A stretch of DNA of 64,000 nt from Candidatus Dojkabacteria bacterium. Its GTDB lineage: Bacteria > Patescibacteriota > Dojkabacteria > SC72. Of this stretch, positions 57,592 through 64,000 are shown piece by piece. Each line of letters starts with the position of its first letter. The first letter of the stretch is position 1. The notes beneath the pieces are model-generated. The model saw only the letters and a program-made list of their open reading frames with translations, was not told where the DNA came from and searched no databases. Position numbers and translations under genes: made by a program. Location: NCBI GenBank assembly GCA_050950165.1, contig JBMNHC010000001.1, positions 593,073 to 657,072 of the forward strand, read 5' to 3'.

Positions 57592-58805
57592 AGTTGTCTT
57601 TCAAATACATTTTTACCTAACTGTTTAGATTTTTTAGACCAGTATCTAGTAAGTTTACTACTCTCAAAGGTATCAATTAACTCTTTATATTGGTTTACAA
57701 GCTCTTCTTCTTTTTTACTACACTCTAAAGAGAATTGTACTAATTTAGAGTGAGTAGCGTTTTCTTCTTTTAATTGATTGTCTTTCTCTATGAATTCTTT
57801 CTCTAATTTTCTTGCTTTCTCTTTCCATTCGTTTAGGTTAATGATGTTGGAATATATTAGTCTATTTAGTTTTTCTCTTTTTAGCCAGTATTGAAGACTA
57901 TCTTTTTCATTTTTGAAACATGGTGGTACTACAAACTCTTTAGACGGATGGAAGTAGAGAGGTTTAAAGATGGATATACAGGGTGTAGAGGATCCTGTTA
58001 TCCATATCGTTATATCATCATCAACAACAGTTATCATACTGCCAGTTGTATGTTCTCCTAGTATTCCTGCGTGCATACATACGCTTCTTGCAGATCCTTT
58101 TTTAATTATTTTTTCTTGGGTTGTTGTGTGTAGTCTTAGGGTATTGAAATATTGTTCTAGGTCGTACTGTTTAATATTTTTGAGGTGTTGGCTACCTAGT
58201 TCCATTCTACTTTTTGATCCAGAAAAGTATGTGAATATTGGTTCTGTATGCTTTTTAGCAAAGTTTTTATCAGAGAGTCTGTTAGATATGTTAGCACAGT
58301 CTTTTACTTGGTTTAGGGAATATTCTTTTCCTGCTGTTTCTAGTATGTATGCTTCATTTCTGTCTGTGATTAGGTATGAATTATCATAGTAGATTGTATT
58401 GTCAAAGCCACAGTTTCCTCCTTGTCCATATTGTTGTAGTAGCCCTATTATTTCCTCTGTTGCTTGTTTAGCTGTTTTACTTCTTTCAAGTGCAAGTCTT
58501 AAGAAGTCCATCCCTATTAGGGTTGGTGTTTTTTTAGTTTTAGATTTTGTAAATACTGCTTCATTCCCTATACTTACTCCATATTCATTTATTCCCATTT
58601 CTGCTCCCCATATCCATGATGGTTTTACTAGGAGTACAGCATAGTGTTCTTTAGGGTCTGGTATGGATATGTATGTACATTCTACTTGGTTTCTTGAGGG
58701 TCCTGCAGGGTAGAAGATAGTTAGGTTGGGTTCGTTAACGGCTCTGTCACTGTTTTTAAGGAATATGGAGTATTGGTTTTGTTTTTTCCATAGTGTATCA
58801 CACAT
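57567..58805 (-). CDS. Peptidase C69/secernin-family Ntn hydrolase
   Basis: N-terminal nucleophile MCDT, KNSDR..NEP, WIWGAEMGINEYGV.IGNE, GMDFLRLALER, VCMH. Confidence 0.9.
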   Translation of the reverse strand: MCDTLWKKQNQYSIFLKNSDRAVNEPNLTIFYPAGPSRNQVECTYISIPDPKEHYAVLLVKPSWIWGAEMGINEYGVSIGNEAVFTKSKTKKTPTLIGMDFLRLALERSKTAKQATEEIIGLLQQYGQGGNCGFDNTIYYDNSYLITDRNEAYILETAGKEYSLNQVKDCANISNRLSDKNFAKKHTEPIFTYFSGSKSRMELGSQHLKNIKQYDLEQYFNTLRLHTTTQEKIIKKGSARSVCMHAGILGEHTTGSMITVVDDDITIWITGSSTPCISIFKPLYFHPSKEFVVPPCFKNEKDSLQYWLKREKLNRLIYSNIINLNEWKEKARKLEKEFIEKDNQLKEENATHSKLVQFSLECSKKEEELVNQYKELIDTFESSKLTRYWSKKSKQLGKNVFERQLCRRIKRK

Positions 58806-58929
58806 ATATTATTTAAAGATATCATATGGGGGAAGGGGTGTAAATATGGGGTATGAATGGTGATATGTTGTTTGAGAAAGTAGTATCTTTTTGTTAATAT
58901 ATAAAGGATAAATTGGTATATCCTACATA

Positions 58930-60501
58930 ATGTTAAATAGCAATAATACTAAGGAACATGAGAGAGCAGAATTACATAAAACAATATGGCGAATAGCAAA
59001 TGATTTAAGAGGTAGTGTAGATGGTTGGGATTTTAAACAGTATGTACTTGGTATGTTGTTTTATCGTTTCATTAGTGAAAATCTCACTAGTTATCTTAAT
59101 GCAGGAGAGAGAAGAGCAGGAGACAAGGACTTTAACTATGCAGATATTTCAGATAAAAAAGCTGAGAATGGTAGAAAGGATACTGTTGAAGAAAAAGGTT
59201 TCTACATTCTTCCTAGTGAACTTTTTGAGAATGTAAGAAAGAATGCAAAGAATGACCCGAATCTTAATGAAACTTTAGCTAAGGTGTTTGATAATATTGA
59301 GAACTCTGCAAGAGGGTTTGAAAGTGAAGATGATCTAAAAGGTCTGTTTGATGACTTAGATGTGAACTCTAAGAAATTAGGAAATACTGTAGAACAAAGG
59401 AATGAAAAGCTTGTTAAGTTGTTAAATGCAATTGGAGATTTAAATCTAGGAGAGTATTCAGATAATACAATTGATGCTTTTGGAGATGCCTATGAATTCC
59501 TTATGACCATGTATGCTTCTAATGCAGGTAAGTCAGGAGGTGAATTCTATACTCCTCAAGAGGTTAGTGAATTACTTGCAGAGATAACTACGGTAGGCAA
59601 AACAGAAGTAAACAAGGTGTATGATCCAGCTTGTGGTTCAGGTTCATTACTTTTGAAGTTTTCAAAGGTTTTAGGAAAGGAGAATGTAAGACAGGGTTTC
59701 TTTGGACAGGAGATTAATCTTACAACATACAACCTTTGTCGTATAAATATGTTTCTTCATGATATTAACTACAATAATTTTGATATAGCTTTAGGTGATA
59801 CATTAACAGACCCTAAGCATTGGGATGATGAGCCTTTTGATGCAATAGTATCTAATCCTCCATACTCAATTAAGTGGGAGGGAGATAGTAATCCTCTCCT
59901 TATAAATGATCCTCGTTTCTCACCTGCTGGTGTTCTAGCACCTAAGAGTAAAGCAGACTTAGCTTTTACAATGCACATACTTTCTTGGCTTTCTACTAGT
60001 GGTACTGCTGGTATTGTTGAATTCCCTGGTGTGCTTTACAGAGGTGGTGCAGAGCAGAAGATTAGGAAGTATTTGGTAGATAATAACTATATTGATACTG
60101 TAATACAGCTTCCTCCTGATTTGTTCTTTGGTACAAGTATTGCAACTTGTATTATTGTTCTAAAGAAGAGTAAGAAAGAAAATAGTATTCTTTTCATAGA
60201 TGCATCAGAGGAGTTTGTAAGAGAGGGTAACAAGAACAAACTTAGTGAGGAGAACAGGAAGAAGATATTAGATACATTTAAGCAAAGGAAAGATATACAA
60301 CATTTTGCTAAGGTAGTAGATAACCAAGATATTGGAGAGAATGATTACAATATATCTGTATCTTCTTATGTAGAACAGAAGGATACTAGAGAGGTTATAG
60401 ATATTAAAGAACTTAATAAAGAGATAGAGGAGATAGTAAAGAGACAGAATGTATTAAGAGATAGTATAGATAATATTGTTAGGGAGATAGAAGGGGAATG
60501 A
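58930..60501 (+). CDS. hsdM: Type I restriction-modification methyltransferase subunit
   Basis: IWRIANDLRG, GEFYTP, YDPACGSGSLL, NPPY. Confidence 0.97.
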   Translation: MLNSNNTKEHERAELHKTIWRIANDLRGSVDGWDFKQYVLGMLFYRFISENLTSYLNAGERRAGDKDFNYADISDKKAENGRKDTVEEKGFYILPSELFENVRKNAKNDPNLNETLAKVFDNIENSARGFESEDDLKGLFDDLDVNSKKLGNTVEQRNEKLVKLLNAIGDLNLGEYSDNTIDAFGDAYEFLMTMYASNAGKSGGEFYTPQEVSELLAEITTVGKTEVNKVYDPACGSGSLLLKFSKVLGKENVRQGFFGQEINLTTYNLCRINMFLHDINYNNFDIALGDTLTDPKHWDDEPFDAIVSNPPYSIKWEGDSNPLLINDPRFSPAGVLAPKSKADLAFTMHILSWLSTSGTAGIVEFPGVLYRGGAEQKIRKYLVDNNYIDTVIQLPPDLFFGTSIATCIIVLKKSKKENSILFIDASEEFVREGNKNKLSEENRKKILDTFKQRKDIQHFAKVVDNQDIGENDYNISVSSYVEQKDTREVIDIKELNKEIEEIVKRQNVLRDSIDNIVREIEGE

Positions 60502-60998
60502 GTCAAACAACAGATCTAGATGAAATTAGAAAACAAACTAGAGTAGCTTTGCCATCAGATAATGCCTATTTATTTAGGTTAGGAGTTGCTTTGTATGCTT
60601 TTAATTCAGTGAATAGTTCCTTGGTGGAAACAATTTGTTGTATAGATAGTAATCAAAAACAAACAGAGTTACTTGATTTAGAATCAGGTAAAATCTTACA
60701 GAGATTTTTTGAAATAATAAGGAATGTTAAAAAGAAAAGTCTTTTTTCTTCTGCTCATGGATTGATGGATGAAGTAGCTGAATTATTTGAGAAAGCAAAT
60801 GCAAATCGTTCAGATTTTGTACATTCATATCCAATTACAAATCAAGAAGAGAAGCAAATTCTGCATCGTAGGAGAGATTCACAAGGTAAATATTTTGAGG
60901 TAGATAATTGTTTCTTAGATGCATTTATTGAAAGTCTAAATCATATAGAAGATTTTTTATATAAAATACGAGAGGAGGTAAAAAGTAAAAATGAATAA
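60498..60998 (+). CDS. Hypothetical alpha-helical protein with HEPN-like RxxxxH motif, embedded in the hsd operon
   Basis: NRSDFVHS (R104-H109); ATGA overlap with hsdM and 8-nt overlap with hsdS. Confidence 0.65.
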   Translation: MSQTTDLDEIRKQTRVALPSDNAYLFRLGVALYAFNSVNSSLVETICCIDSNQKQTELLDLESGKILQRFFEIIRNVKKKSLFSSAHGLMDEVAELFEKANANRSDFVHSYPITNQEEKQILHRRRDSQGKYFEVDNCFLDAFIESLNHIEDFLYKIREEVKSKNE

Positions 60999-62220
60999 GA
61001 ATCTAAGTGTTTTACCAAATAAATTAGAGAAACTGGTACGAAATCTATGTCCAGATGGGGTCGAATATGTAAAGTTAGGAGAGGTTGCTCAATATTGTAG
61101 AGGAGTAACTTATAACAAGAGTGATGAAACTGATTCTGAAGAAGGGTTGAAGATTTTAAGGGCAAATAATATTGACTTATCAACAAATAGGTTAAATTTA
61201 GAAGATGTGAAAAAAATATCTTCGTCAGTTAAAGTGCGTGGTAATCAGAAGATAAAAGCTAATGATATTCTAATTAGTACTGCAAGTGGTAGTAAAGAAC
61301 ATGTAGGAAAAGTAGCATATGTCTTTAATGATATGGATTATTATTATGGTGGATTTATGGCAGTATTGAGATCTAATGAAAGATTGGATAGCAGATTTCT
61401 TTTTCATTTACTAGTTGGTAAGACTTTTAATGATTATCTGCGAAGAACATTGTCAAGTACAACAATAAACAATCTAAGTTCAAGGATTATAAACGAATTT
61501 AAAATCCCCCTGCCTCCTCTTGACATACAAAAGGAGATAACTAAAATTCTTAACGAGTTTACAGAGTTGGAGGCAGAGTTGGAGGCAGAGTTGGAGTGTA
61601 GAAAGAAACAGTATGAGTATTATAGTAATGAGCTGTTATCATTTAATGAAGATGGAGAATATAAAGAACTAGGAAAATTGTTAGAAAGAACGAAAGGAAC
61701 AGCTATTACAGCGAAGAGAATGAGTGAGCTTAATAAGGATGGTGCTCCTATTAAAATTTTTGCAGGAGGTAAAACTGTGGCTTATGTAGACTATGGAGAT
61801 ATCCCTAATAAAGATGTTCTTACGGAAGAATCAATTGTTGTGAAGTCTCGCGGTATTATTGGCTTTGAATATATTGATAAGCCTTTTAGTCATAAGAATG
61901 AGTTTTGGTCATATCATAGTAATAATCCTAATGTCTCTGTTAAATATGTATATTATTATTTAAGGAGTAAAGAACCATACTTTCAAAGGATTGGTCAGAG
62001 AATGTCAAAAATGCCACAACTTTCAATTCCAGATACTGATAAATACAAAATCCCCATCCCCCCTCTCTCCGAACAAAAAAGAATTGTATCCATACTAGAC
62101 AAATTCGACTCCTTAGTAAATGATATGTCCATAGGATTACCAGCAGAACTAAATGCAAGAAGAAAACAATACGAATACTATCGTAATAAACTATTAACAT
62201 TCAAAGAATATGGAAAGTAA
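60991..62220 (+). CDS. hsdS: Type I R-M specificity subunit (type IC-like)
   Basis: LCPDGVEY..LGE, two TRDs, IPLPPL..Q..I..IL, ELEAELEAEL linker, GLPAEL.ARRKQYEYYR..LL.F. Confidence 0.95.
   Translation: MNKNLSVLPNKLEKLVRNLCPDGVEYVKLGEVAQYCRGVTYNKSDETDSEEGLKILRANNIDLSTNRLNLEDVKKISSSVKVRGNQKIKANDILISTASGSKEHVGKVAYVFNDMDYYYGGFMAVLRSNERLDSRFLFHLLVGKTFNDYLRRTLSSTTINNLSSRIINEFKIPLPPLDIQKEITKILNEFTELEAELEAELECRKKQYEYYSNELLSFNEDGEYKELGKLLERTKGTAITAKRMSELNKDGAPIKIFAGGKTVAYVDYGDIPNKDVLTEESIVVKSRGIIGFEYIDKPFSHKNEFWSYHSNNPNVSVKYVYYYLRSKEPYFQRIGQRMSKMPQLSIPDTDKYKIPIPPLSEQKRIVSILDKFDSLVNDMSIGLPAELNARRKQYEYYRNKLLTFKEYGK
61562..61596 (+). repeat. 12-bp tandem repeat (about 3 copies) in the hsdS central spacer
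   Basis: CAGAGTTGGAGG CAGAGTTGGAGG CAGAGTTGGAG. Confidence 0.9.
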
Positions 62221-64000
62221 TCATAAATATAACCTCGTTGTTGAAAACCCTCAAAGTACAGTAGTAGGACAATACACACCTAGTAAACTAAGAGACAAAT
62301 CATATCAAAGTGAAGCACAATTAGAAAAAGAATTCATAAAACAATTACAACAACAAGGATATGAATACCTTCTAATAAACAATGAAGAAGACCTAATAAT
62401 TAATCTAAGAAAACAATTAGAAAAATTAAATGAAATTACATTCTCTAATGAAGAATGGGAAAGATTCTTTAATAGTGAAATAGCTAATAAAAACCAAGGT
62501 ATAGAAGAAAAAACAGAGACAATACAAGAAGACTACATCAAAATATTAAAAAGAGATGATGGAACAGAAAAAAACATATACCTAATTAGAAAAGACAACA
62601 TACATTACAACAGCCTACAAGTAATTAATCAATATATAACAACAGGAGGACAGAGAGATAACAGATACGATGTAACTATCCTTGTAAATGGCCTTCCTCT
62701 AGTACATATTGAATTAAAAAGAAGAGGCATAGCACTACAAGAAGCATTCAATCAGATAAACAGATATCAGAGAGAAAGTTTTTGGTCAGACTCTGGACTA
62801 TTTGAATATGTACAACTCTTTGTAATATCTAATGGTACACATACAAAATATTACAGTAATACAACTAGATTCCAACATATCAAAGAGATGGGTGAGGGGT
62901 CTTTGTCAAAAAGAAGAAAAACAAGTAACTCATTTGAATTTACAAGTTGGTGGGCAGATGCAACAAACAAACCAATACCAGAACTAATGGATTTTGCTAA
63001 AACCTTCTTTGCTAAACATACAATCCTAAACATTCTTACCAAGTATTGTATCTTTACAACAGAGAAGATGTTACTTGTGATGAGACCGTATCAGATAGTG
63101 GCTACAGAGAGGATATTGAACAAGATTGAAATTAGTACAAACTACAAAAAACTAGGAACAATTGAAGCCGGAGGATATATCTGGCATACAACAGGTTCAG
63201 GTAAGACTCTAACAAGTTTTAAGGCTGCACAACTAGCAACTCAACTACCATACATTGAGAAAGTTCTTTTTGTTGTTGATCGTAAAGACTTAGACTATCA
63301 AACAATGAGAGAATATGACAAGTTTAAGGAAGGAGCTGCAAACAGTAATACAAGTACAAAGATTCTTAAACAACAACTAGAAGATCCTGATGCGAGAATA
63401 ATTATTACAACCATTCAGAAGTTAGACAACTTTGTTAGAAGAAATACAGGTCATCCTGTCTTCAACAGTCATATTGTTATTATCTTTGATGAATGTCATA
63501 GATCACAATTTGGTGATATGCATGCAGCAATAGTTAAAGCATTCAAGAGATATCATCTATTTGGTTTTACAGGAACACCTATCTTTGCTGCTAATGCTTC
63601 TTCTAGTGGACGACCAGATATGAAAACAACAGAGCAAGTGTTTGGAGAGAAGCTACATACATATACAATTGTCGATGCTATTTCAGATAAAAATGTATTA
63701 CCTTTTAAAGTTGACTATGTCTCTACTGTTAAAGAGGCAGAGAATATTGAGGACAAACAGATAAGTGATATTGATAGGGAAGCTGTTTTAGCTGCACCAG
63801 AGAGATTAGAAAACATTGTTAGATATATCATTGAACATTTTGATCAAAAAACAAAAAGAAATAGTTTTTACAAACTTAAAGATAGAAGATTAGCAGGTTT
63901 TAATTCAATCTTTGCAGTATCTTCAATCGATGTAGCTATGAAGTACTATGCAGAGTTTCAAAGGCAATTGGCTAACTTACCAAGTGACAAAAGGTTGAAG
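62210..64000 (+). CDS. hsdR: Type I restriction endonuclease subunit R (EcoR124I-like), 3'-truncated by the window; missing from the ORF track
   Basis: ATG 62210 MESNHKYNLVVENPQSTVV..YQSEAQLE; RYDVTILVNGLPLVHIELK nuclease motif; WHTTGSGKT; FDECHRSQFG; GFTGTPI. Confidence 0.96.
   Translation, partial: MESNHKYNLVVENPQSTVVGQYTPSKLRDKSYQSEAQLEKEFIKQLQQQGYEYLLINNEEDLIINLRKQLEKLNEITFSNEEWERFFNSEIANKNQGIEEKTETIQEDYIKILKRDDGTEKNIYLIRKDNIHYNSLQVINQYITTGGQRDNRYDVTILVNGLPLVHIELKRRGIALQEAFNQINRYQRESFWSDSGLFEYVQLFVISNGTHTKYYSNTTRFQHIKEMGEGSLSKRRKTSNSFEFTSWWADATNKPIPELMDFAKTFFAKHTILNILTKYCIFTTEKMLLVMRPYQIVATERILNKIEISTNYKKLGTIEAGGYIWHTTGSGKTLTSFKAAQLATQLPYIEKVLFVVDRKDLDYQTMREYDKFKEGAANSNTSTKILKQQLEDPDARIIITTIQKLDNFVRRNTGHPVFNSHIVIIFDECHRSQFGDMHAAIVKAFKRYHLFGFTGTPIFAANASSSGRPDMKTTEQVFGEKLHTYTIVDAISDKNVLPFKVDYVSTVKEAENIEDKQISDIDREAVLAAPERLENIVRYIIEHFDQKTKRNSFYKLKDRRLAGFNSIFAVSSIDVAMKYYAEFQRQLANLPSDKRLK

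Noticed and set aside
58911-58938. dif-like sequence AATTGGTATAT-CCTACA-TAATGTTAAAT
   Set aside because: The XerD-like arm has a mismatch in the conserved inner TTAT, the XerC arm lacks ATAA, and it overlaps the hsdM start; too weak to call
1599-63042. Numerous 60-200 aa antisense or alternate-frame ORFs (e.g. 15858-16403, 38811-39275, 57017-57628)
   Set aside because: They are shadows of well-supported genes on the opposite strand or frame and show no recognisable motifs

Overview
Low-GC bacterial chromosome window. The gene content and style (DUF2341 surface protein, half-size MFS, reduced dcw cluster, short ThrRS, few Shine-Dalgarno sites) suggest a Patescibacteria/CPR organism, possibly Dojkabacteria; this is inference only. 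1-41 kb is mostly housekeeping: PBP1A, thrS-infC-rpmI-rplT-pheST, recG, a degenerate Rel, tyrS, rarA, truB, rsmI, tatD, ftsW-murG-murB-murA, mraZ-rsmH-ftsL-ftsI-mraY, pyk, secG, def and three tRNAs. 41-64 kb is more accessory: iscS-iscU-mnmA, nagZ, a peptidase/beta-lactamase-fold fusion, a 2263-aa adhesin plus sortase, glycerate kinase, a C69 peptidase, and a type I R-M locus running off the window end. The best candidates for new biology are (1) an unannotated ~240-nt highly structured transcript upstream of iscS, with its own promoter, terminator and a sequestered SD/small ORF; (2) a giant adhesin with an INTERNAL LPKTG sorting signal followed by a second signal peptide and a second anchored domain (a putative sortase-processed polyprotein); (3) a GC-rich GNRA hairpin leader on an NYN RNase gene; and (4) a HEPN-motif gene embedded in the type I R-M operon. 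All calls come from reading motifs by eye; no searches were run.
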